From: the human T2T-CHM13v2.0 reference genome, Homo sapiens
DNA: 64,000 nt
NCBI RefSeq assembly: GCF_009914755.1
Contig: NC_060938.1
Direction: 5' to 3' (one strand)
Positions within the stretch are counted from its first letter, which is position 1, and each line of letters starts with the position of its first letter. Below are positions 1 through 44,039 of this stretch, one piece after another. Under the pieces are notes generated by a model. The model was not told the origin of the DNA. It ran no database searches and saw only the letters and a program-made list of their open reading frames with translations. The translations under genes were made by a program, and so were the position numbers.

Positions 1-3000
1 CTCTTTGAGCCAGCTTGGCCTTGCCTGGCATGCATAGGCCCCAGCTACTGACACGCTGCTCCGAGTGAGCTTGTCCTGCCTTGGCACAAATTTTAATTCT
101 CGCCAGGGCCACAGAAGGCTCAGTCCCATGGATGGTAATTTTGGCTGCTTTCTGCACTTGAACGTAAAGTCCTCCTCAAGAAGGCCTGTGGTCCGCCTCT
201 TGGCAACCAAGAAGCCTGCAGTACCATACGACCCGAGGCATGGACTGGAGCCCCAAAGGCAGTGCACACCCTGCTCCTGAGCTTGCTGCTTGTTTCCTCT
301 CTGTGGCTCCATTTGTAGGACAGTTGTTGCACTGAAGCTTGTGCATGCCGGGCAAGGCCAAGCTGGCTCAAAGAGCAACCACCCACCTCTGCAAGGGTAT
401 GCCTGGAGCAGGTGCACCAGTCACCATCTAGCGGCCGGACATGGTACATCACTTCTTCTACCCTAAAGGTGGGCTACAGCACCATCTGCTTTTCCTAAGG
501 CCACTGCTCCATCAGCAGTTAGGTGGCAGCCAAGGCAGGACAAGCTCACTCAGAGCAGCGTGTTAGTACCTGGGGCCTGTGCATGCCAGGGAGGCCGAGC
601 TCGCTCAAAGAGCAACCAGACACCTCTGCAAGGTCTGGCCAGGGCTACAGAAGTCCCCGCTGGATGGTAATCCTGGCTGCTTTCTGCACTTGAATATAAA
701 GTCCTCCCCAAGATGACCTGTGGTCTGCCTCTTGGCAACCAAGAAGCCCGCAGTGCCATGTGACACCTGAGGCATGGACTGGAGCCCCAAAGGCAGGGTA
801 CACGCTTCTCCTGAACCTGCTTCTTGTTTCCTCTATATGGCTCCATTTGTGGCAAAGTTGTTGCGCTGATGCTTGTGCATGCCGGGCAAGGACAAGCTGG
901 CTCAAAGAGCAACCAGCCACCTCTGCAAGGGTGTGGCAGGAGCCGGTGTACCAGTCACCAATTAGCGTCCGGACATGTACATCACTTCTTCCACCCTAAA
1001 GGTAGGGCCACAGTGCCATCTGCTTTTCTTAAGGCCTCTGCTCCATCAGCAATAAGGTGGCAGACACTCAGGCTGTGGGAACCTGGCCATCCCCACTTCC
1101 TCGAGCGGTTGAGGTGGTGGATGCTCCGCCTGCACTAGGCGCACCCTTGCAGAGGTGGCTGGTTGCTCTTTGAGCCAGCTTGGCCTTGCCTGGCATGCAC
1201 AGGCCCCAGCTACTGACACGCTGCTCCGAGTGAGCTTGTCCTGCCTTGGCACAAATTTTAAGTCTCGCCAGGGCCACAGAAGGCTCAGTCCCGTGGATGG
1301 TAATTTTGGCTGCTTTCTGCACTTGAACGTAAAGTCCTCCTCAAGAAGGCCTGTGGTCTGCCTCTTGGCAACCAAGAAGCCTGCAGTACCGTACGACCCG
1401 AGGCATGGACTGGAGCCCCAAAGGCAGTGCACACCCTGATCCTGAGCCTGCTGCTCGTTTCTATATGGCTCCATTTGTAGCACAGTTGTTGCACTGAAGC
1501 TTGGGCATGCCGGCCAAGGCCAAGCTGGCTCAAAAAGCAACCAGTCACCTCTGCAAGGGTGTGCCAGGAGCAAGGGCACGAGCTACCAACTAGCAGCCGG
1601 ACATGTACATCACTTCTTCTACCCTAAAGGTAGGGCCACAGTGCCATCTGCTTTTCTTAAGGCCTCTGCTCCATCAGCAATAAGGTGGCAGACACTCAGG
1701 CTGTGGGAACCTGGCCATCCCCACTTCCTCGAGCGGGTGAGGTGGTGGATGCTCCGCCTGCACTAGGCGCACCCTTGCAGAGGTGGCTGGTTGCTCTTTG
1801 AGCCAGCTTGGCCTTGCCTGGCATGCATAGGCCCCAGCTACTGACACGCTGCTCCGAGTGAGCTTGTCCTGCCTTGGCACAAATTTTAAGTCTCGCCAGG
1901 GCCACAGAAGGCTCAGTCCCATGGATGGTAATTTTGGCTGCTTTCTGCACTTGAACGTAAAGTCCTCCTAAAGAAGGCCTGTGGTCCGCCTCTTGGCAAC
2001 CAAGAAGCCTGCAGTACCATACGACCCGAGGCATGGACTGGAGCCCCAAAGGCAGTGCACACCCTGCTCCTGAGCTTGCTGCTTGTTTCCTCTCTGTGGC
2101 TCCATTTGTAGGACAGTTGTTGCACTGAAGCTTGTGCATGCCGGGCAAGGCCAAGCTGGCTCAAAGGGCAACCACCCACCTCTGCAAGGGTATGCCTGGA
2201 GCAGGTGCACCAGTCACCATCTAGCGGCCGGACATGGTACATCACTTCTTCTACCCTAAAGGTGGGCTACAGCACCATCTGCTTTTCCTAAGGCCACTGC
2301 TCCATCAGCAGTTAGGTGGCAGCCAAGGCAGGACAAGCTCACTCAGAGCAGCGTGTTAGTACCTGGGGCCTGTGCATGCCAGGGAGGCCGAGCTCGCTCA
2401 AAGAGCAACCAGCCACCTCTGCAAGGTCTGGCCAGGGCTACAGAAGGCCCCCCTGGATGGTAATCCTGGCTGCGTTCTGCACCTGAACATAAAGTCCTCC
2501 TCAAGATGGCCTGTGGTCTGCCTCTAGGCAACCAAGAAGCCCGCAGTGCTACACGACCCCTGAGGCATGGACTAGAGCCCCAAAGGCAATGCACAACCTG
2601 CTCCTGAGCCTGCTGCTCGTTTCTTCTCTGTGGCTACATTTGTAGCAGAGTAGTTGCACTGAGCTGTGTGCACGCCAGGCAAAGCCAGGCTGGCTCAAAG
2701 AGCAACCAGCCACCTCTGCAAGGCTGGGCCAGGAGCAGGCGGACCAGCCACCAACCTCACTCCCTGCCAGACATGGTACATCCTTTCCTCTACCCTAAAT
2801 GTAGGGCCAAGAGGCAGACCACAGGCCGTCTTGAGGAGGACTTTATGTTCAAGTGCAGAAAGCAGGCAGGATTGCCACCCAGGGGACTCGGCCTGCTGTG
2901 GTCCGCAGTGCCGTACGAACTCTGAGGCATGGACTGGTGCCATGTGCTTTATAGAAATATTAACTTAAGATCCATTAAAGAGTTAAACGTGCCATCTGAT

Positions 3001-4860
3001 TTACCTCAGGCCTCTGCTCCATCAGCCATCAGGTGGCAGCCACTCAGGCTGTTGTAATCTCGCCATCCCTGCTTCCTTGAGTGGGTGAGCTTGGTGGCTG
3101 GTCCAACTGGTCCAGGCACACCCTTGCACAGGTGGCTGGTGGCTCTTTGAGCCAGCTTGGCCTTGCCTGCCATGCACAGGCCCCAGGTACTAACACGCTG
3201 GTCCAAGTGAGTTTGTCCTGCCTTGGAACAAATTCTAAGTCTGGACAGGGCCACAGAAGGCCGAGTGCCCTGGGTGGCAATCCTGGCTGCTTTCTACACT
3301 TGAACATAAAGTCCTCCTCTAGACAGCCTGTGGTCTGCCTCTTGGCAACCAAGAAGCCCACAGTGCCATATGACGCCTGAGGCATGGACTGGAGCCCCAA
3401 AGGCAGTGCACACCCTGCTCCTGAGCCTGCTGCTCGTTTTTATATGGCGCCATTTGTAGCACAGTTGTTGCACTGAAGCTTGGGCATGCCGGCCAAGGCC
3501 AAGCTGCCTCAAAGAGCAACCAGCCGCCTCTGCAAGGGTGTGCCTTGAGCAGGTGCACCAGTCACCAACTAGCAGCCAGACATGTGCTTCACTTCTTCTA
3601 CCCTAAAGGTAGGGCCACAGTGCCATCTGCTTTTCCTAAGGCCTCTGCTCCATCAGCAATTAGGTGGCAGCCAATCAAGCTGTGGGAAGCTGGCCATCCC
3701 CACTTCCTTCAGTGGGTGAGGTGGTGGATGCTCTGCCTGCTCTAGGCGCACCCTTGAACAGGTGGCTGGTTGCTCTTTGAGCCAGCTTGGCCTTGCCTAG
3801 CATGCATAGGCCCCAGCGACTGGCACGCTGCTCCGAGTGAGCTTGTCCTGCCTTGGCACAAATTCTCAGTCTGGCCAGGGCCACAGAAGGCCGAGTCCCC
3901 CGGACGGTAATCTTGGCTGCTTTCTGCACTTGAATGTAAAGTCCTCCTCAAGACGGCCTGTGGTCTGCCTCTTGGCAACCAAGAAGCCTGCAGTGCCATA
4001 TGACCCGAGTCATGGACTGGAGCCTGAAAAGCAGTGTACACCCTGTCCTGATCTTGCTGCTTGTTTCCTCTCTGTGGCTCCATTCATAGCACAGTTGTTG
4101 CACTGAGGCTTGTGCAGGCCGAGCAAGGCCAAGCTGGCTCAAAGAGCAACCAGTCAACTCTGCCACGGTGTGCCAGGCACCGGTTCTCCAGCCACCAACC
4201 TCACTCGCTCCCGCAAATGGCACATCAGTTCTTCTACCCTAAAGGTAGGACCAAAGGGCCATCTGCTTTTCTGAAGTCCTCTGCTCTAGCAGCCATCACG
4301 TGGCAGCCACTCGGGCTGTGGGAACCAGGCCATGTATTTCCTTGGTTAAGTGAGGTTTGTGGTTGGTCTACCTGCTGCAGGTCCACCCTCGAATAGGTGG
4401 CTTGTTGCTTTTTGAGCCAGCTTGCCCTTGCCTGGCATGCACACGCCCGAGCGACTGCCACACAGCTCCGAGTGAGCTTGTCCTGCATTGGCCCAAATTC
4501 TAAGTCTGGCCAGGGCCACAGAAGGACAAGTACCCTAGATGGTAATCCTGGCTGCTTTCTGCAGTTGAACATGAAGTCCTTCTCAAAACGGCCTGTGATC
4601 TGCCTCTTGGCAACCAAGAAGCTCGCAGTGCCATACCATCCCTGAGGCATGGACTGGAGCCCCAAAGGCAGTGTACACCCTGGTCCTAAGCCTGCTGCTC
4701 ATTTCCCCTATGTGGCTCCATTTATAGCACAGTTGTTGCACTGAAGCTTGTGCATGCCAGGCAAGGCCAAGCTGCCTCAAAGAGCAACCAGCCACCTCTG
4801 TAAGGGTACGCTTGGAGCAGATGGACCAGCCACCAACCTCACCCACTCAAGGAAGCAGGG
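1..4860. repeat. Composite tandem satellite: ~630-bp monomers (inverted arm + ~300-bp core + arm + ~210-bp spacer) with a 1793-bp near-identical repeat offset
   Basis: gcacccttgcagaggtggctggttgctc recurs at 1141 and 1769 (628 bp apart). Positions 1-650 are near-identical to 1794-2440, and ORFs 120..452 and 1913..2245 are offset by exactly 1793. Family name not established. Confidence 0.9.
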
Positions 4861-4916
4861 AATGCGCGTTTGTACCATGCATTTCATTACAAGTATATTT
4901 CCCCTGAGGTTGGTGG

Positions 4917-6530
4917 CCTATGTTTTCTTCTAGGTTTTTTGCTTTTAGGTCTTACATTTAACTCTTTTATCCTTCTTAAGTTAATTTTTGTATATAAAGT
5001 GTAAGGAAGTGGCCCAGTTTCGGTTTTCTGCATATGGCTAGCCAGTTTTTCTAACACCATTTATTTATAAAATGGGGAATCCTTTCCCCAGTGCTTACTT
5101 TTGTCAGTTTTGTCAAAGATCTTGTGGTTTTACAAGTGTGGTGTCATTTCTGAGGCCTCTGTTCTGTTCCATTGGTCTATATACTTGGTTTTGTACCGGT
5201 ACCATGCTGTTTACGTTACTGTGGCCTTGTAGAGTAGTTTGAAGTCAGGTACTGTGATGCCTCCAGCTTTGTTCTTTTTGCTTAGGATTGTCTTGGCTAT
5301 GCGGACTCTTTTTTGATTCCATATGAAATTTAAGGTAGTTTTTCTAATTTTTTGAAAAAAGTCAGTGGTATCTTGATGGGGATAGCACTGAATCTATAAA
5401 TGACTTTGGGTGGTATGGCATTCAGGCACAGAAATGTCCTTGTGTTAGGCAATACCATTCAGGACACAGGCATGGGCAGAGACCTCATCACTAGAACACC
5501 AAAAGCAATGGCAACAAAAGCCAAAATTGACAAATGGGATCTAATTAAGCTAAAGAGTGTCTGCAGAGCAAAACAAACTATCATCAGAGTGAACAGGCAA
5601 CACACAGAATGGGAGAAAATTTTTGCAATCTATCCATCTGACAAAGGGCTAATATGCAGAATCTACAAAGCACTTAAACAAATTTACAAGAAAATAAACA
5701 ACCCCATGAAAAAGCGGGCAAATGATATGAACAGACACTTCCCAAAGAAGACATTTATGCAGCCAAAGAACCCGTGAAGCAAAGCACATCATCACTGGTC
5801 ATTAGAGAAATGGAAATCAAAACCACAATGAGATACAATCTCACACCTCTTAGAATGGCCATCATTAAAAGATCAGGAAACAACACATGCTGGAGAGGAC
5901 GTGGAGAAATAAGAATGCTTTTACACTCTTGCTGGGAGTATAAATTATTTCAACCATTGTGGAAGACAGTGTGATGATTCCTCAAGGATCTACAACTAGA
6001 AATACATTTGACCCAGCAATCCCATTACTGGGTATATACTGAAAAAATAATAAATCATTCTAATATAAAGACACATGCACACGTATGTTTACTGCGGCAC
6101 AGTTCACAACAGCAAAGACTTGGAACCAACCCAAATGCCCATCAGTGACAGACTGGATAATGTGGTATATATACACTACGGAATACTATGAAGCTATAAA
6201 AAAGGATGAGTTCATGTCCTTTGCAGGGACATGGATGAAGCTGGAAACCATCATTCTCAGCAAACTAACACAAGAACAGAAACACATGTTCTCACTCATA
6301 AGTGGGAGTTGAAAAATGAGAACACATGGACACAGGAAGGGGAATATCACACACCAGGGCCTGTCAGCGTGGGGGGCTAGGAGAGGGATGGCATTAGGAG
6401 AAATACCTAATGCAGATCATGGGTTGATGGATGCAGCAAGCCACCATGGCATGTGTATATTATACCTACGTAACAAACCTGTATGTTCTGCACATGTACC
6501 CCAGAACTTAAAGTATAATTTTAAAAAAAC
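4917..6530 (+). mobile_element. L1PA (L1PA7-like) 3' part with 5' inversion (4917-5418 minus strand, 5447-6530 plus strand)
   Basis: ORF2-like peptides [21 protein letters not shown] and [17 protein letters not shown]; L1PA 3'UTR ending cagaacttaaagtataa plus A-tail; the inverted part is antisense ORF2. Confidence 0.9.
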
Positions 6531-7650
6531 AAATTTTCTTTTAATTAAGCTTTTATCATAGAACTTGTAAAGAAAATCGTTTTCAGTCTCTTACTACCAC
6601 ATCATAGCTGGGACAAACTGCTGATATTTTAAAAGCAACACAAATATCAAACAGAAAGAACTAGACTTAGGAACCAAACTCAGGTTTCTGTAGTGAACAG
6701 GGCAGAATCTTAACATTCGGTCCCCACCATTACTCCTTCAGTTTGGCCTTTGCTAGCAAAAGATGGCCTTGTTATGTAGATGAGACCACTTATATAAAAA
6801 AAAAGTTTTAAAAAATTTCCAACTGGATTTTCTGTGTTTTTTTTTTGTTTGTTTGTTTTTTGGGTTTTTTTGTTGTTGTTGTTGTTGTTGTTGTTGTTTT
6901 GCCTTTTTTTGTTTTTTTGGGGGTTTTTTCTTTTGGCTTTTTTGTGTTTTTTGTTTTTGTTTTTCATTTTTTGTGTGTGTTTATTTTTTTATATTTTTTT
7001 TTATTTTTATTTTTTGCAGCCACAGGAGTTTTAGCCATTTCAGATGCCTTGCTCCCCACAATTTGGAAGATTCCTTTGGATTTGACCAAGTCAGGAAGAG
7101 ATGGGAGAAAAGTGAAACAACAACAATAAAACCCCAAACATAAACAAACAGAAAGAGTTAAGCAAAACAAACAAATGCACAATTCATATGATTACTGAGT
7201 GTTCTAATGCTAAGGAGAAATTAAAAGCAGCTGGTGGGTAATCTTACATTTTAATCATTAAGGAAAAATTTTAAGACAAAACTCTAATTCAGCTACTTAC
7301 CTGGAAATAAGGCTCAGGCTGGTGATCGTTCTCTGCCATCTTAGAAGCTGGAAAAAACTCACACTCACCTTCCCTGTCAGAAGCAAGCTGAAACTCAGGA
7401 AAGGAGATGCCTGCTCTCCATCGTCATGGAAGCAGGAAAACTTGCCTTCCTTTTTGGAAATGAGTAAAACTTCAGAAAAGGAGTTGTACAGCAAAATCAA
7501 CCTTACATCTCAACCAAATTTTGGGAGATCAGGGACTCTCTGCAGGGGAGAAGCTCCACAACCTCAGCAAATTATCCTTTTGGTTTGGGCAATTAAAACA
7601 GCCCAGGTTGGTATCAAGCAATGAGATTTATCAAAGGTCAGGACCACCTT
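6531..7650. mobile_element. Probable ERV1 (MER4-group) internal fragment
   Basis: Resembles MER4-group internal sequence by recognition only; no LTR or ORF seen. Confidence 0.35.
6830..7015. repeat. T/G-rich low-complexity tract (GTT, GTTT, poly-T)
   Basis: Directly visible; source of the poly-Leu, poly-Cys and poly-Val ORFs in the track. Confidence 0.95.
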
Positions 7651-7654
7651 TGTA

Positions 7655-10160
7655 ATGTCCTTCTCTTTTTTATCTTTATTCGCATAGTCTGTTTTGTCAG
7701 AAAGTAGGAGTGCAACACCTGCTTTTTTCTGTTTTCCATTTGCTTGAAATATTTTTCTCCATTCCTTTATTTTGAGCCTATGTATGCCACCGCATGTGAG
7801 ATGGGTTTCTTGAAGACAGCATACTCCAGTGGGTCTTGGTTCTTTATCCAGCTTGCCCCATGTCTTTCAATGGGAGCATTTAGCCCATTTTCATTTAAGG
7901 TTAGTAATGGTATGTGTGGATTTTATCCTGTCGTCATGCTGTCAGCTGGTTATTTTGCAGACTTAACGTATGTGGTTGGTTTTTAGCATCACTGGACTGC
8001 GTAATTCACTGCGTTCTTCACTGCATTTTTGTAGTGGCTGGTGATGGTTTTTTCTTTCCATATTTAGTGCTTCCTTCAGGAGCTCTTGTAAGGTAGATCT
8101 GGTGATATTGAATTCCCTCAGCATTTGCTTGTCTGAAAAGGATCTTATTTCTCCTTCACTTATGATGCCTAATTTTGCTGGACATGAAATTATGGGCTGA
8201 AATTTCTTTTCTTTAATGGCAGTTGATGTGGGTTGGGGTGTGTGCTGCACTCCTGTGTGCTGTCAGTGCAAGTAAAGCAAAATCCACCTGTGTAAACACA
8301 CACAGCAAAGTGATGTAGGAAGTTTCCATATAAAGGGCTGCAGTATGGAGAGGTAATGTGCAGGCTGGTGCGTGGCCGTAGGGGCCACCTTGCTGCAGCT
8401 CTCCACTGATATGGTACGGTCCACTAGCACAGAAACTATGGTATGGGCACCTGAGAGTGCCCTGTAAGCAGGTGTGGCCAGGCTGGGGCCCTGGGAGAGG
8501 CAAGCAGACTAAGGAGTGCTGAGATCAGACCAGCCCCATCTCATGTGCAAGACTGCCCAGCCTCTAAAGATCAGGTCTCAGAGGAGAACTCTCTCAAAAG
8601 TGAATCTCCAGCACAGCACAGCTGCTCTACACAATCGTGGCTAGACTTCTTTTTTAAGCAAGTCCCCTTTTTTAAAAGGGGAACTCTCAGACCTGATGTC
8701 TGCTGGGCAATCTTGCACATGAGATGTGGCTGGTCTGACCTCAGCATTCCTAAAGTGCTGGGACAAAGTGTCTCACAAGGGCAAGTGGAGCCTAGAGAGA
8801 TAGCTGTCCCTGCCCTCTGGGCTCCACATCACCTGACTTGCTGCTCCACCACTTTGCTTGTCTCCTGGGTGCTCCATCCCAGAGACATGTGAGTTAGCAA
8901 TCACTCAGTGTAATCGGCCCAGGATGGAGGGTCTGTGCTGTGGGCCCAAGCCAGGGTTCCCTGTCTGGTGATGAGTAGTGGAGTGTGTGTGGTACCTGTG
9001 GGAGATGGATTGGCTTGTTCTTCGGGTCAACTGCAGCTTATTGGAGGTGTTGATATGGCACTTAGGGTCTTTGCTCCCGTGATATATCTTCTGAGGATAG
9101 CAAGGGCAGTTCACTGCAAAGGCAGTGGCAGAAAGGATTTCATTTGCTCCTGGAAGCTCTGTCCAAGGAACTGCTGAGTTGCTACTGGCTTGATAGCTCC
9201 AGTGGTGGGCTGGCTAGAGACACAGGCCAGGAGGATCTGCCCATCAAGTACAGAGTCTGGCCACTTTTCTGAAGGGCTGCTGTGGAATGCTGGGGGTCCC
9301 CTCAAGTCCCTAATTGACTCGTATTTTCCAGGGAAGATGATAGCCTACCCCTTCCTCTGGGAGCTCTGTACCACTGAGGTACGAACCCGCTGCCAATCTG
9401 AACACACCAATAAGATGTGGCTGGAGGCAAGTTGAGAAGTCTTACCTAGTCAGGAGGAATAAGAACAGGGACTTGCTTAAAGAAAAAGTCTGGCCACATT
9501 TTTATAGAGCAGCTGTGCTGTGCTGGGGGTTCACTTCAGCCCCTGGCTACCTCAGACACTCTGAAGCCCTAAGGCTGAAATGGCTGGGTCACCCAAACAG
9601 CAAAGATGACAATCTGGTCCTCCCCCCGGGAGCTCTGACTCAGGGAGGCCTGAGACCTCTGTCGGCCAGAGAACAGCAGTCAAGGTAGCCAGAGACCCTG
9701 GTTGAAAGACTTCACCCACTGACTAGAAATGTGTTCGGGGACTGACTTAAACAAGAGTCTGGCCATGTTTTCGTAGCGTGGCTGTGCTGTGCTGAGGCAC
9801 CTCTTCTACCCCTTGTCAGCTTGGGCTCTCCAAAGCCTGCAGGCCAGAACGGCTAGTCACCCAAACAGCAAAGGTGGTGGCCTGCCCCTCTCTCCAGGAG
9901 CTCTGTCCCAGGAACATTTCAAATTTCCATTGGCCAAGGGATGCTGGTGGGGGTAGCTGGAGGCCCCAGTTGGGAGGTCCTGTCCAGTGAGGTGGAACAG
10001 GATCAGGGGCCTGCTTACAGAAGCAGTCTGGCCATGATTTGGTAAAGCAGCTATGCTGTGCTCTGGGATCTCTTCTTTCCCTGGTCAGTTTGTACTCTCC
10101 AAAGCCCTCAGGCTGGAATGACTAAGTTGCCCGAACGGGAAAGATGGCGGCCTGCCCCAT
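7655..10160 (-). mobile_element. Older L1 (L1P4/L1PA13-16-like) 5'UTR plus ORF1/ORF2-start fragments, same sense as POTE
   Basis: Minus-strand peptide KEKKFQPIISCPAKLGIISEGEIRSFSDKQMLREF (L1 ORF1 C-terminus) at about 8.0-8.2 kb; ~270-bp repeated 5'UTR monomers (gtctggcca...gctgtgctgtgc at ~9488, ~9757, ~10026). Confidence 0.75.
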
Positions 10161-10525
10161 CTTTTCTCTCAGAGTTTTATCTTGTTTCATGGAACTTAAT
10201 TTTTAGCCTGTTGATTTTACTGTCTACATTAGACTTGTTGAGAAAGATTCTGTAATCTTTTAGGTTAGACAAATGAGAATTCATTGTCTTCTGTAAATAA
10301 ACCTGTTCATGTCTTGTTCTCTGGAAAGAAGTCTCTTTCAGCTCTCTGACTTTGGTCACAATCATGTAGAGCAGTAGCCAGTCTACAATGATGTAATTGA
10401 ATTTCCATTTCCAGTGTTTCGTCGTTGTGTCTTACATTGTCCAGTTCAGAACTGAGCATTTTATTCTCAGTTGTCAACATGCTAAGCTGTCCACTGTACA
10501 GAAATACTGTTTTTGTTAATGCTTC
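10160..10525 (-). pseudogene. Orphaned 3' half of the ancestral ANKRD26-type coiled-coil exon, cut off by the actin insertion
   Basis: Minus-strand reading EALTKTVF...[24 protein letters not shown]...KINRLKIKFHETR resembles the ANKRD26 coiled coil and continues the frame left at LQLNE. Confidence 0.7.
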
Positions 10526-10536
10526 CTCATTGAATT

Positions 10537-12458
<1,922 letters not shown>

Positions 12459-13968
12459 CTAAGTAAACAAAGGGAACTTTTAGTTAGCACTCAATAGATT
12501 GATATATCATGATTTCTTCTGAAATTAAAAAATAACATCTGTATTTGTATAATGAAAGAATCCCCATAGTGGATATTTAACTGGAAAAAACTGGACAAAA
12601 CTTCAAACCTAGCAGAGTGTAAATTCCTCTAGTGATTTATTTTTCATAGTCTTTAAATAAAGATTTAAACTTTTAGGAATCTGCTCCTGAATTCCTAAAA
12701 GTTTAAATATTTATTTAAAGACTATGAAAAATAAACCACTAGAGGATTTTTAAGAATCTCAGAATTAAAAAAGCCTTTCTCTGAGTTACAAAAAACCCAG
12801 AGGCACAAAATATAAGATTAATACATTTGACTATATTTTTAAGATTAGGTTTATACTCTGATAGCTAACCTATCAACCACACCATCCTAAGAGCCTTAGC
12901 TATGCATATATTTGGACAGAAGCAATTTCTCAAAGTTCTTTAAGTTTCTTTTACTGAAGAACGTTTTACCGATATTCTACATTTCTAATATTTTTATACT
13001 CAGTTATAAGAATTATATTTATTCATAACTTAAATCTAAGCACTGTACCCTTCTACACTGTACACATCTGTATCTAAGCATTGCACTCCTACATACAATA
13101 CTGAACTCATTTAAGATCGTGATTCTTAAAAGGAGAAGTCAAAAAATATATACAAGATGCAGGATTTTCCCCAGGTCTGCTGATGCTACTTCTAGTGATC
13201 CTCCACAAAACCACAGTTACTTCTGTGGTGTAAATATATAAATACAAAAGAAGCCTTTTGTTTCAAAATATGAATGGTAAGTAAGATGCAACTTATAGAG
13301 ATTTTCTTAGAAATCATGAGATTATTTGCCATTGTGATAACTTTTATTTCCTCTTTATAATGTTTGAAACAGTAGTAACTGTGAAATAGGGGAAATATAC
13401 TCAACTATTTCTCTAGGAACAAAATACTTATCAATAAATTATCACTAAATGTATATCATGGCATGTCATTGTTTTCAAACCTCTTTACATTGAAATGAGA
13501 AATTACTTGGAGCAAAGTGTTCCTCTCCACAAAAGTAAGGATGATGACATCCACAATGTGGCCTCTGACCCAACTATACATTTCCTACTTTCCTATCAGT
13601 GAAAACCATCAATTGACTTCTCTATTAACATTTTTTTTAACAAAACTAATGTCCAAAAACTAGAAAATTTGTTTTTAGTAGCAAAACTTAGTTTTGATAT
13701 GGAAAGATCATCAATTCTTATGAAAAATATCAAATGCTTCTCCTTTGGATTGAGGCCATTGTGAAGGTCACTACTCGACTGTTGCAGGCAAATGGAGTTG
13801 AATTAAGAACATGGCTTTCTCCTATATGTACAGATATAGATACATGACAAAGGATATATAGAATATATACACACATATATATGACTTAAAAATCCTTTGT
13901 ATATCCAAAATACATAGTTTTTAAAAAATATATACACATATAAAAACATTTGAAAATAACTAAATACC

Positions 13969-43666
<29,698 letters not shown>

Positions 43667-43789
43667 CTGCTTTTAACAGCCAGGGAAGGCCGGTAGTAGC
43701 CAGCAGATCGCGTCTACCAACCAGTTTCACCAACTGGCAGATAACTCCGGGTTTCTAATCTGTTTGAAGAGAAAAGTCCCGACCAAAAC

Positions 43790-43945
43790 CTGCCAACCCC
43801 AGCAGGGGAGCCCAGCCCACCCCACCCAGGGAAAACCCACACCCACCTGGGGAAAGCCCACACCCACGCTGGGCGACCCCACGCCCACCCCAGGAAGGGC
43901 CAACCCCACCCCCCAAGAAAACACCCGGCCCACCCAAGGGAATGC
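43790..43945. repeat. C-rich ~20-bp imperfect repeat (G-quadruplex-prone on the minus strand)
   Basis: Repeated cccac(a/c)cccac units. Confidence 0.75.
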
Positions 43946-44039
43946 CAAACCCAGAAGAGAAAAGGTCAAGTCCAGCAAAGTAACGTGACAGAAAAAACGT
44001 CAGTCCAAGGAAGAAATGTCAATCCAAGCGACAAATGCC

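Noticed and set aside
65-4933. Dozens of overlapping 60-177-aa ORFs
   Set aside because: Recurrent translations of a GC-rich satellite on both strands, with frames broken between monomers; no coding evidence
6710-7182. Poly-Leu/Cys/Val/Lys ORFs resembling signal or membrane peptides
   Set aside because: Artefact of the T/G low-complexity tract
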